Source: Heteronotia binoei
Taxonomy: Eukaryota
Assembly: GCF_032191835.1 (NCBI RefSeq)
Contig: NC_083240.1
Span: forward strand, 33,728,001 to 33,792,000
DNA length: 64,000 nt
Reading direction: 5' to 3'
Below are positions 1 to 11,376 of this stretch, piece by piece; position 1 is the first letter of the stretch; each line of letters opens with the position of its first letter. Under the pieces are notes generated by a model. That model was not told the origin of the DNA. It saw only the letters and a program-made list of their open reading frames with translations, and did not search any database. A program made the translations under genes and the position numbers.

Positions 1-2571
1 GCCAGGGGACTCACCCCTCAGACTAAGTAAAGAAAAAAAAAAAAAGCATTATTTGCACCTGGATTAACATGCTTCTCCAGCAATGACAACATAAGCGAGG
101 AAAGTTAAGAGTCCAGTGGAACTTTTAAGCTCAATAAAGGTTTATTCAAGGTGTGAGGTTTCATATGTAAGCACACTTCTTCAAATACAATGAACTGGAA
201 GATAGCTGTTCAACTGTATAGACAGAGGCTGAACAGCAAATTAGGATATGATGTGATCTTTTAAGACATGAGGAGACAAAACAGGAATAACAAGTTTATA
301 GGGTCAACAGTTTTATGGATTTCCTTAAGGGAACAACAGTGAAGTCATAATTATGTCAAAATAGATAAATGTGTTAGAGAATCCTTTCTAATTGTGAGAA
401 GTTAACAGACTCCATTTGTCTCTTGTCAGTCATGAAGGTAAACTCATACCCTGAATAAAACTTTGTTGGTCTTCAAGGTGCCACTGGACTCTTAACTTCG
501 TTATGTTGCTTCAGACCAACATAGCTACCCATCTGGATTTAAAATGAGTGAGGGTCAGCTGAACCCTGCCAAATATGAGAAGCATAACAACCTCCAAGAG
601 CTCAGCCACCTTGACCAATATGCCCTCTTCTGTGTCAAGATCTAGTTTCATCTTGTTTAAATTTAGCAATGTAAGGTTGCTAGTCTCCAGGTGGGGCTTG
701 GAGATCTTCCACTTTCACAACTGATCTTCAGCGGGCAGAGACCAGCTGCCCTGGAGAAAATGGCTGCTTTGGAGGATGGACTCTATGGCATTGTAGATGC
801 TGAGACCCCTCCCCTCCCCAAACCCCACCTTCTCCTGGATCAATCTCCAAAATCTCCAAGTCAGGGCTTTTTTTGAGCAGGAATGCACAGGAACTCATTT
901 CTGGCTGTCTTGGCATCAGGGGATGTGGCCTAATATGCATACGAGTTCCTGCTGGGCTTTTGCTACAAAAAAGTCCTGAGTGAAACAATGGTGATGTCAG
1001 GGGGCATGGCCTAATATGCAAGCGAGTTCCTGCTGGGTTTTCTCTACAAAAAAAGCCCTGTGTCCAAGTATTTTCCAACAGACCTGGCAACCCTACACAG
1101 CAGTCAGGTACCAATCTAGGACCGTCACAGCTGTGGACCCAAAAATATAAGACAGGGTATTGTTGGCATATTGATGACACTCAACTCCAGTACCAATTAT
1201 GGTTTCTCCTAAGACCTTAGAAGGTTGTGTGTAGCAAACATTCAAAACATAACAAAATATTTATTATATAGTGTATCAGTTAGCAATTAAAACATTATAC
1301 ATAAGCAGGACTTTATTTGTAGGAAAAAACAGCAGGAACTTATTTGCATATTTGGCCACACTCCTTGATGTCACCATTGTTTTGCACAGGACTTTTTTGT
1401 GGGAAAAACCCAGCAGGAACTTATTCACATATTAGGCCACACAGGGGTGGAATTCTAGCAGGAGCTCCTTTGCATATTAGGCCACACACCGCTGATGTAG
1501 CCAATCTCCATGAGCTTACAAAAAAGAGCCTTGTAAGCTCTTGGATGATTGCCTACATCCTGCTAGAATTCCACCACTGAGGCCACACCCCCTGATGCCA
1601 AGCCAGCCGGAACTGTGTTCCTGCTCAAAAAGCCCTGTACATACCTATGAAATAAAAGTATCTATAGCAGCCTATTGGACTTGCACGTCTAATAATCATA
1701 AAGGCACACAAGTGAATATTTCATAAAAAGCCACTAGACCAGACGTATTTTGGCCCCAAGGGCCTTCTTCAGTGGCCTAAAACTATACTACACACACATA
1801 AAACATGAAATATCATTTATGGGCCAGCAGGCAGTTTGAAATGATTCACTACAGGGGGAGAGGACAAAAACTCAGCCTGAGGCAGATTAATTGGTGAGAT
1901 ATATCATCTTTTGTGGGCTGGCTCACAATGATATACAATCCAGTTTTTTAAACAATTCGGAGCCTCCCCTATAGTGAATCATTTCAAACCTACCTGTCCA
2001 TTAAATGCTATTTCATGTTTTATGTGTGTACAATACGGTTTTAGGCAGAAGAAGAAGAAGACAAAGATTATGATATTGGATTTATATCCCACCCTCCACT
2101 CAGAGTGGCTCACAATCTCCTTTATCTTCCTCCCTCACAACAGACACCCTGTGAGGTGGGTGGAGTTGAGAGGGCTCTCACAGCAGCTGCCCTTTCAAGG
2201 ATAACTCCTACAAGAGCTATGGCTGACCCAAGGCCATTCCAGCAGGTGCCAGTGGAGTGGGGAATCAAACCCGGTTCTCCCAGATAAGAATCCACACACT
2301 TAACCACTATACCAAACTGGCTCTCATTGAAAAAGGCCCTTGGGGCCAAAACACATCTGGTCTAGTGCCTCAGGACTTTGTCCTTCAAGGGGACCTATGC
2401 TGTCTCCTTATCCAAAGCCTAGGTTTAGCTCTAAGTACACCAAAGCCCACAGGAAAAACAAAGACTAAAAGACTGGGGAAATTACAAATAAGGAATCTGG
2501 AACGATGAATAAGGAACTGGGAACCAATTTCAGCCTTGTGAGATGCGTTTGCCTCCAGCAGTGGTTATAGT

Positions 2572-2761
2572 CAGGGCTTTTTTTGAGCAGGAACGCACAG
2601 GAACACAGTTCCAGCTGGCTCGGTATCAGGGGTGTGGCCTAGTATGCAAATCTGCTGGGTTTTTCTATTAAAAAGCCCTGTATGAACAATGGTGATGTCA
2701 GGAGGTGTGGCCTAATATGCAAATGAGTTCCTGCTGGGCTTTTTCTTCCAAAATAGCCCTG
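2572..2761. mobile_element. hAT MITE family CAGGGCTTTTTTT; other copies at 862-1060, ~1310-1635, 13033-13217, ~14210-14387, 32886-33086
   Basis: Perfect 8-bp TSDs GTTATAGT (this copy) and GTTCCTAT (32886 copy); the 13033 copy is nearly palindromic. Confidence 0.85.
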
Positions 2762-3135
2762 GTTATAGTTGTTCGTCAACAAGACTATTTGTATCTGATG
2801 AAGGGAGCCTTGAAAGCTGATACCCTGGAAATCTCATAGGTCTCTAAGGTACTACTGGGCATGACTCTTGCAAGACCACTTGCATTTGCTTTGCCCTGCT
2901 TTCCTTCTGGGCTGTGTCTAAAAGCCGTATTCTTGTAACTTTGGGCTGGGCAGATAAGAATTTTAAACCTCAATTGCCGTTCCAGGAATTGGTAGCTGTG
3001 CCAGAAAGAACCCCTCAACCTGACTAAGCTCCGCCAGGGTACTCTCTTTCCATCCGCCAGGGCTTCCTTTCCCCCTCCCATTCACAAACAGCTCTATACT
3101 AGCTAGGAAAGTGGAGTGCCAAAAAAACAAGAGGG

Positions 3136-3304
3136 GGCCGCTTTAAGAGAACTTTGGGAAGCTGTAATCTGAAGCCTGTGGGCTGGCAGGCGGGGGCAGC
3201 AGCACAGACAGATGTGGCCCCAGAACAGCAGCATTGCACTCTTCCCCTGCCGTTCTCTCCTCTCGCGCAGGCTGGGCAAGAAGAACTACGGAGGCAGCAC
3301 ACAG
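3136..3304 (+). other. SERPINF1: SERPINF1 non-coding exon 1 (5' UTR); start approximate
   Basis: GGCCGCTTTAAGA...GCTGTAATCTGAAGCCTG (3136-3178) resembles the human SERPINF1 mRNA 5' end as I recall it. Ends at the donor CAG|GTAGGG (GT 3305-3306). Confidence 0.6.
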
Positions 3305-3540
3305 GTAGGGAGCGAGCTCAGCGGAGCAAGCCGGATTCCTTCCTGCATGTTTGGTGGCTGCAGGGCAAAGGGGGCTATAGGCAGGTATGCCTGGAGACTT
3401 CCTAGAATGGCACAGCAGGAACGATAATACTGGACGGGGTGCCACATTAGTTCTTAGCAGCAAAATAAAACAGGAGTCCAGTGGCACCTTAAAGGTTAAT
3501 GGGAAATTAGACTATTTATTGAGTCAGACATTACTTCATC

Positions 3541-3853
3541 AGAGCCAGTTTGGTGTAGCGGTTAAGCGTGCGGATTCTTATCTGGGAGAACTGGGTTTGA
3601 TTCCCCACTCCTCCACTTGCACCTGCTGCAATCGACTCACAGAAGCGTTTGGTGGAATAAGTGGCCTTGGGTCAGCCACAGCTCTTGTAGGAGTTATCCT
3701 TGAAAGGGCAGCTGCTGTGAGAGCCTTCTCTACTCCTCCCACCTCACAGGGTGTCTGTTGTGAGGGGAGAAGATAAAGGAGATTGTAAGCCGCTCTTGAG
3801 TCTCTGATTTAGAGAGAAGGGAGGGGTATAAATCTGCACTCTTCTTCTTCTTC
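3541..3853 (+). mobile_element. tRNA-derived SINE (Squam3-like); other copies at 2048-2325(-), 17129-17616(-), 20857-21097(-), 21098-21359(-), 24224-24495(-), 42264-42523(-), 44157-44194+44903-45137(+), 45887-46080(-)
   Basis: A/B-box head AGAGCCAGTTTGGTGTAGYGG...GGTTTGATTCCCC; (TTC)n tail; 17-19-bp TSD TCAGACATTACTTCATC at this copy. Family name from memory. Confidence 0.85.
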
Positions 3854-6024
3854 AGACATTACTTCATCAGGTGCATTGAAGCGTACGCTTGTTTGGCAGA
3901 TACAGAACAAAGTTAGAGGCCAGTGGCACCTTTAAGACCAACAAAGTTTTATTCAAAGTATAAGCTGTCATGTGCATGCACACATCTTCAGATTAATGTG
4001 TTCGGCTGCTTTGGACCAACATGGCTACTAACCTGAATGTATCTAGGCAGGCAGAGTTGTCCTAAAAACTGCAGACAAAACCCACAAACTGGCTTCTCTT
4101 TGTAACCTTGCCCCCCCATGCCCATCCTTCTGTTATTTGGAGTTTTTAGTATGTTGTCTGAGCTATGTGCATGCATCTCGTGAAATGAGCATCGACTCAC
4201 AGAAGCGTATGGTGGAATAAGTGTTATTCACCCTTAAGGTGCTGGCAGTGGACTCCTGCTTTATAGTGAGCCCATCTGAAAAGGCAGGTGTGCAGAAGCA
4301 TCTCCGGGGGCAGTGGAGTGGGGATGACCAAAATGGGTGTTCTCCAAGGTGAGGCAGAGCATTCATTTTTCTTCCTGCCGCCCCCTCTGGTTTCCCACTT
4401 AGGCCATCTCTGCAACAGCAAAATAAGTTTTAGTCACTTGAGAGGAAATATACCAGAGTCCAGAGTGGGGTCTAGATGCTCTTTATCAGCTCCTGCAGCT
4501 CCCTGGAATAGGCAGTTTTCCCCTTTTGCACTCCGACAAGTCTGTAGTGCATTATGCACATAATGGCAATTTCAGCTTGCAGAACTCCACCATGGTCCAC
4601 CTTTCCAATCGGAACCTGCAGTCAGCCAAAAACCTCCAACTGGGAAACGCCATCTATCCCCCAGCTGCTGGCTCATCAGGTCCCTTCAGCATCCGAGTTC
4701 CTTGTCTGCTACGACCTCTTGATGTATCTTCACAGAGCTTTTGAGAGCTCAGAAAGCCCCCATTCCAGGACTCATCCAAATTCTGGCTAAAATATAGGTC
4801 TTTTCTGTGGTTTTTCTCCTGGGCTGCATGCTTTAGAGTTGTGCTAAGCAGATCCAGATGTTTAGAAACTTTGATCCTCAGTGAGGCTTCCGCAGAGCTT
4901 CTTGGCAATCCCTGAGAATTCTGAACCTGGCAACAATGGCCAAGCCAGGGCATCCAACCTCCTTTCTGAGGCCCCCTTCTCCAGAATGGAGTGTGGCTGG
5001 GATCAGAACACGCTGGTAACTGTTTGCAATTGGGCTAAGCATAATAGACACCCCGCTCCCATTTTTGCATGCGTTCTGTAGGCTATGCTTTCTAGATGGC
5101 TCTTCCGGCGCGAATGGAAAAAGAGTCTCTCTTCCAGCAGCCAATTTCTTCCTCCTTTTTAAAATGCCTTCTCGAGATGCTAAACTTTTTTTTTTCATGG
5201 TGCAAAGAGACATTTCTAAGAGGGGAATTAAAGCTGGTGGCAGGAAGATCATTAACACTGCCTTTCCTGGACCTCTGGGCGTCTGGCTGGCTGCATTAAT
5301 TGTAGGAGAGTGTTGCAGCTGAAACTGACAGACTAACCTGCTAATTTGACTGCCCCAGCTGTTGGGATTGCCTTCCCTTTAATTCTAGGCTTGGAAGAAC
5401 GTAACTGCTGTTTCCACACAGCCCCTTTGGCGCCAGCTTTCAGTGATATAGCAAACATGGCTGCTGGGGTTACGGTCTGTCCTTTGGACTGGATATAACA
5501 GTCCAAAGTTCCTTTGCAAACAGCAGGGAGAAGTTAACCCAGAGATCTGCCAAACTGCCATGCTGGTTTCTTTCTCACAGAGGTCTCATCCAAGTTAATT
5601 TACTCTCCTAAACACAGTGGCTCAGCTCTTCAAAAGCCCATTAAAGCCCATGACTACACTGGAGATCAGGTACTCAACGTTGCGGGGGTGGGGAGAGGTG
5701 CTAATGGCATGACTCCATAAATTGCTGCAGAACAGGGCTCCCCAACATGGTGCTCGTGGGCACCCTGTTGCCTACCGACTTTTCCTGGTGCCCACTGAAT
5801 GCTTTTAGGAAGTGGGCAGGACTAGGTGGAGCTTTTCCCCAGCAGGGCTTCTGATTGGCTACTTAACAGACATTCTGTTAAGTAGATCCTCTGCTGGAAA
5901 TGCTGGCGAGTTAATGTTTTCTATAGGATCTCCATCCCTGACATGTTGTGGTTGGTTTAGCCTACCGCAGCAACCAATTTGTGATTGGTTCTGCCTCCTG
6001 TGGCAGCCATTTTGTGTTTGCGAC

Positions 6025-6285
6025 TGTTATGTCTTGAAACATAAGCGGATGTACCGCATGGCGATCGCTACAGAGGCAACCCCACGGGTCCCCGGATGTA
6101 GCTCGCCCATCAAGATCTGTGGCGGGAAGTTTGACTGACCAGGATTGGACTGGTCAGACTGGGGGGCAATTCCGGGTAATGTATATAAGCGGGGCCGGGG
6201 CCCGGCCCGCGTGTTTCCTCTCTTGTAATGTACCACCGAATAAAGCATGTTGCCTTCAACCCGTCTCGCAACTCAGTACATTACA
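6025..6285 (+). mobile_element. Solo LTR (Gypsy-like), nested in a hAT MITE (5733-6343)
   Basis: TGTTATGT...ACATTACA termini; 5-bp TSD GCGAC/GTGAC; TATATAA at 6182-6188; AATAAA 6239-6244; CpG-rich. Confidence 0.8.
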
Positions 6286-6660
6286 GTGACCATCGCCCTT
6301 TTTCAGAATTCCAAAATTCTGAAAAAAGATTGGGGGACCCCTGCTGTAGGAGCTAGTTGTGCATCTCCAGCACAAGCCAGCAAGGCTCCAAGGGGGAGGG
6401 AGATATGAGCCAAAGAACACAAGCCATGATTACTGCCCTCTTCTTCATCCAGAGTTTGGAAGACAGACAACTCAGCTGGAAACCTTTTTGGTTGTTCATG
6501 GTGCTTGGAATTCCTACAGGGCTCTGTGAACAAAGCAGCCTATAATCTTGATCTTGCCTCCTTAGAATGTGACAGTTCCTGGTTCTGTCCATGTACCTGT
6601 GCAGCAGAGGCTCAGATGAAGTCAAATTTGAGACAAGTCTTAGAGACCATCTGTTCCAAC

Positions 6661-6855
6661 CAGTGTTCCCACTAAGCTGCAGAGTCCTGTGAGCAAAAAT
6701 TCTGCTTTGTGAGCTACTGGCATTAGAGTTGTGAGTTACTGCAAAAAATTATTGTGTTCTGGGGTCATCTTTCCTGAGTCAAGACAAAAATCTGTGAGCT
6801 GGAAGCTAAAAATCTGTGAGCCAGCTCACGCTAACTCAGCTTACAGGGAACACTG
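6661..6855. mobile_element. hAT MITE family CAGTGTTCCCTCTAAG; other copies at 10816-11032, 13376-13547, 17228-17441, ~22288-22472, ~34002-34193, ~36190-36371, ~37580-37795
   Basis: TIRs plus perfect 8-bp TSDs GTTCCAAC (this copy) and CTGCAGAG (10816 copy). Confidence 0.85.
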
Positions 6856-6879
6856 GTTCCAACCCTCTGCTCAAAGTAC

Positions 6880-7590
6880 AAAATCCAAAGATTCCTGACA
6901 GTCAAGACCGAAGACCTACATCAAAGGGCAGTTGCCACCCCCATCCCCCAGTAACTGGTTCCATCGTTGAATCCCTCTCACTGATGGGAAGTTTCTCCTA
7001 AAATTCAACCAAAATGTCCCCTCCTAAAATTGAAAATAATTGATATTCTCCTTGGGAACAGGCCTTCTGGTACTTCAAGAGGTCTCCTCTTCATCTTCTC
7101 TTCCCCAGGCTAAACATATCCTATTCTTTTAACCTTTCCTCACAGGTCTTGTTTTCCAAACCCAGAAGCATCTTTGGCACCTTCCTCTGAACCTCTTCCA
7201 GTTTGTTCTCCTCTTTCGTAAAGACAGACAACCAAGAAGGGACAGAGTATATTCCAGATGATGTCTGACTAGCACATCATTGAGGGCAACTGCTATCCCT
7301 CATGACCGGGCAGCTGTGTTTGTATTAACACAGCACAAAATTATATTAGCCTTTTCTGCAGCTGCATCACACCGCTGACTTGTCCAACTCGTGCTTGGTC
7401 GCAAGCCCGAGATCCTTTTTAATGTGCTCTACTGCCAAGTCAAGTTTCCCACGTGTTTTTTGCCTACATGCAGAACTTTGCATTTGTCTCCATAGAATTT
7501 ATTTTTGTTACTTTCAGCCAAGCTTTCCAAATCAATATCATTATGGATTTGATTGCTGTCCTCCCAGCTATTCATCCCAGTTTTGTATCA
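6880..7590 (-). mobile_element. CR1-like LINE fragment; further CR1-like 3' ends at ~15290-15510, 26490-26720, 35420-35710, 40490-40610, 48560-48875, 54630-54770
   Basis: Recognisable CR1 ORF2-end sequence (e.g. F K R G L D K) and (TTCTTATG)n tails; limits approximate. Confidence 0.6.
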
Positions 7591-8246
7591 TCAGCAAAAG
7601 GTATTAAATGATTTTGAATCAAAAGAACCAGTTAGCTGCATAAACCTCAGACATCTCCTGCCCCTCAGAGCTGGGCATAGTAGACCTGGTCCAACTGCTG
7701 TAACACCAAAAACCAAACTCTGAAACCTTCACGATTGGGCACCAAGTTATTTAAAATAGCCTCTGATTAAGGAAAACACAAGGAGGGTCTCCCTTTTCAA
7801 GAAAGCTCCCCCCCCCCCTCTTCCCCTTTAGAGGAAAGGCTTTTTAACAAAGGCTGTTATTCTTCATTGTTCACTGGACTTATTTTATCTTTTCGGCCAT
7901 ATTTGGCATTAGATGTTTTGTTGTTCAGCGCTCTGATTTTTTTATAAGAATGGTTTAAAAATATGTACTTTATTGATTCTGCTGGCCCAGGAGCGAGAGG
8001 AGAGCAGCATCTGCAAAGCCCCAAAACCTGAACCCTTTTGCCCTGAATCTTTTTTCCTTTGCAACACCAAAGGTATAGAAGTTGTATTTTAAACTTTGCA
8101 AAGCTTCGATGTCTTCGCAAAGCTGAGTTCTCTGAATCTCTGCCAGATGTCCTTTTTTCACTGGAGTGCACATTGTACCAGCTGCAGAAAAGAGCTGGGG
8201 ATTGTCGCTGAAGTGACCTTTATCCATTCTTGCCCCTTCAGGCACC

Positions 8247-8324
8247 ATGCAGGGGTTGATGGTTCTTCTGTGTCTGGGACTCCTCACTGCCTCCTGCAGA
8301 AGCCAGGACTTGGGGACTGAGCAG
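8247..8324 (+). CDS. SERPINF1: PEDF coding exon 2: signal peptide MQGLMVLLCLGLLTASCRSQDLGTEQ
   Basis: Acceptor AG at 8240-8241, Kozak gcaccATG, hydrophobic signal peptide, donor GTGAGT at 8325, phase 0. Confidence 0.9.
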
Positions 8325-8629
8325 GTGAGTAGCTTATAGGACAGGTGGGGAGGTTTTAAGAAACACTTTGAATTTCAACCTCCATCCTGCAGGTTGCAAC
8401 ATTTCAAAGGTCATATTGGGCTTCACTTACATAAGGCTTCCAATCTCCAGGTGGTGGCTGGAGATCTTCTAGGATTACAACTGATCTCCAGGCAACAGCA
8501 ATCAGTTCACCTGGATAAAATGACATTAAACCCCACTGTAGTCCCTCCCTTGCCTTAAATCCTGCCTTCCTCCAGCTCCCCCCCACCCCAATCTCCAGAT
8601 ATTTCCCAACCTGGAGCTAGCAACTCTAC

Positions 8630-9414
8630 TAGGGTTGCCAAGTCTAATTCAGAAAATATCTGGGGACTTTGGGGGTGGAGCCAGGAGACTTTGGGGCAGC
8701 CAGACTTTCCCATTTCCAAAATAAATGAATAAAAATACAGCACTGCAGTTCACCTGAATTGTCATCATTTCCTCATCCCCCAATAGCTGCAATTTTAGTA
8801 AATGAAAGTGTAAACGCACAAAAAGCAGCCAAAATGCACAAAGTTTGCAAGCTCACATTTTTGTGGTCTCACTGGGGCTTTACTCACAGGAACTGCTGTT
8901 CTTCAGCCTAACACAGGCAACAAAAGAGAGAGAGGTGGCGTTTTCCTCTATCCCATAAACAGGCTCCTATACAAAGACTCTGAAAACAATGCAAAAGAAG
9001 CACAGAGACACACGATTACTGCCTCCCCTACAAAGACTTCTGAAAAGTACTCTCTCTCTCTCTCACTGGGTCTGGTTCCTCCACAAGGACATCTGACAAT
9101 TATGGGGCTACGCTGCTCTCTCTCTCACACATGTACATACTCCTGCTTGTAAAACGAAAGCAAAACAAAGGGAGGCTCTGCTTCTGACCCTTTCCCATGA
9201 AGTACTTCCTGCTCAACTTTAAAGGTGCACACACATACACAAAGAGGCATTTTAAAATGGGACCTGTTTGCAGGTTTCTTAACCTACGGGAGATCTAAAG
9301 ATACCGGTGGCTGTTGGGGCATGGCTTCCCCCCGCCGGCCAGCTGGCTGGGAGCAGGGAGGAAGCCTGTAAAACCTGGGGATCCCCTGCTGGGACCTGGG
9401 GATCGGGAAGCCTA
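8630..9414. mobile_element. hAT-type non-autonomous element, TAGGGTTGCC termini, AT-rich interior
   Basis: TAGG...CCTA ends; TSD AACTCTAC/AACCCTAC (7/8). Confidence 0.75.
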
Positions 9415-9514
9415 AACCCTACTGTCCTAGGATGTGGAGAACTGGGATGAGGCCTCCTACATAGTCTACTCCTACATAGTCTACTCCCCTTTGTACTTTG
9501 GGACTAACCTAGAG

Positions 9515-9834
9515 CAGGGGTGTCAAACCTGCGGCCCGGGGTCGAATCAGGCCCCTGGAGGGCTTTTGCCAGGCCTGCCAGCAAGTCGTTTTCTTTCTCC
9601 CTCTCTTGCTTCCTTCGGTTATCAGAGACTGTTAAATAAAATATTGCAAGAGTGCTAATCTTTCAGACATGTTTTATTTAAAACTTTAAAAAAAATCTTT
9701 ACTTTTGTTTGTCTGTGTCCTTATATCTCCGCTATCTGACATTACATTTTATTTTATGACACGCATGGCCTGGCCCAACAAGGTCTCCTTGATGTCAGAT
9801 CCGGCCCTCATAACAAATGAGTTCGACAGCCCTG
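9515..9834. mobile_element. hAT MITE (CAGGGGTGTCAAAC termini)
   Basis: Perfect 8-bp TSD ACCTAGAG (9507-9514 / 9835-9842). Confidence 0.85.
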
Positions 9835-9977
9835 ACCTAGAGTCTCCCCACTGGCCCTGGAGGGCTTGGAAAACAAATCCCCCCCTTCATTACTGCCCCA
9901 ACCATCAAGCCATGTGTGCGTAGAGTGTCATCAGGTCACTTACTTACGGCGATCCCTGCAAGGGGCTTTCAAGGCAA

Positions 9978-10765
9978 TAGGGTTGCCAAGTCCAATTCCA
10001 GAAATATCTGGGGACTTTGGGGGTGGAGCCAGGAGACTTTGGGGGTGGAGCCAGGAGACACTGGGGTGGAGCTAGGAGCAAGGGTGTGACAAGCACAATT
10101 GAACTCCAAAGGGAGTTCTGTCCATCACAATTAAAGGAACCTCACAACTTTTTAAATGCCTTCCTTCCCTCCACCCTCCCCTTCTCCGATTCCACCCCAG
10201 AGGCGGAGCAGAGCGGGCGCCGCCGCCGCGCTGCTGCCGCCTCTTCCCCGCCCCACTGCAGCCGCTCCTTCGAGATGGGCCCAGCCTGAACCCATCTCAG
10301 AGGAGCAGCCACGGTGAAGCGGAGAAAAGGCGGCAGCGCAGCAGCGTCGCCCACCCCGCTCTGCCTCCGAGGCGAAACCAGAGAGGGGGAGGGTGGAGGC
10401 AGGCCAGGAGCGCGGCAAGCTGCGGATCCGGGTCCTAGAAGGACCCAGACTCGCGGCCCGCCACACTCCTGGCCCGCCCCCCTCTGACTCCACCTCAGAG
10501 GCAGAGCGGGCGATGCCGCCGCCGCCCCCTCCCAGCTGCTCCTCCGAGATGGGCCCAGCCTGAGCCCATCTCGGAGGAGCAGGCACGGTGAAGCGGAGAA
10601 GAGGTGGCAGCCGCGCAGCGGCGTCGCCCGCTCCGAGATGGGGCGGCTCGCCACGCTCCTTGGTGCCGTTTCCCCCCTTCCCCCCGCTTCCGTTTTTTTG
10701 GGGAGCGGGCGAAGAGGCTGGAAATCCTGGGTTTCCCCGCCAGGGCGGGAGGGTTGGGAAACCTA
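9978..10765. mobile_element. hAT-type non-autonomous element, TAGGGTTGCC termini, CpG-rich interior
   Basis: Perfect 8-bp TSD CAAGGCAA (9970-9977 / 10766-10773); same left end as the 8630 and 28148 copies. Confidence 0.8.
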
Positions 10766-11171
10766 CAAGGCAAGCAAGAAGGAGAGGTGGCTGGCAATGG
10801 GCTTCTACTGCAGAGCAATGTCCCCTCTAAGCTGTAGAGTCTTGTGAGCAAAAATTCTACTTTGTGAGCTACTGTCATTAAAGTGGTGAGCTACTGACAT
10901 TCAAAGTTGTGAGCTACTGCATAAACTAGTGTGCTCTGGAGTAATCTTTCCTGAGCTAAGACAAAAATGTGTGAGCTGGAGGCTAAAGATCTGTGAGCTA
11001 GCTCATGCTAACTCAGCTTAGAGGGAACACTGCTGCAGAGTCTTCCTTGGAGGTCTCCCATCCAAGCACCAACCCCGCTTAGCGTCCGTGATTTGACCAG
11101 GTCAGGCTGTACCGTGCTGCCTCCCCTCCCATCATCAGACCATACTAAAAAAGCAATTCTGTGCCCCAAAG

Positions 11172-11376
11172 GAACCTGCCAATCCAGATGCTGATAATGC
11201 TGGGGGAGCCGAGGAAGAGGACGACCCCTTTTACAAGGTGCCCGTGAACAAGCTGGCAGCCTCCATCTCCAACTTCGGCTACAACCTTTACCGTCAGAGA
11301 TCCAGCCAGATGCCCACCGCCAATGTCCTCCTGTCGCCCTTCAGCATTGCTACAGCCCTCTCAGGCCTGTCGCTGG
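11172..11376 (+). CDS. SERPINF1: PEDF exon 3 ([40 protein letters not shown]...SLG)
   Basis: PEDF 34-mer region [13 protein letters not shown]; AG/GT boundaries; cumulative CDS 283 nt, as I recall for human. Confidence 0.95.

Noticed and set aside
6357-6545. Hydrophobic ORF as an alternative PEDF signal exon
   Set aside because: The exon at 8247-8324 has a proper acceptor, Kozak context, donor and phase, and gives the expected 418 aa.
10010-10075. Short spaced direct repeats resembling a CRISPR array
   Set aside because: Tandem 20-bp GGGGGTGGAGCCAGGAGACT units of a transposon end; no unique spacers; eukaryotic context.
10017-10878. Cluster of 70-170-aa ORFs on both strands
   Set aside because: Low-complexity R/A/P/G products of a GC-rich transposon interior; no domain or splice support.
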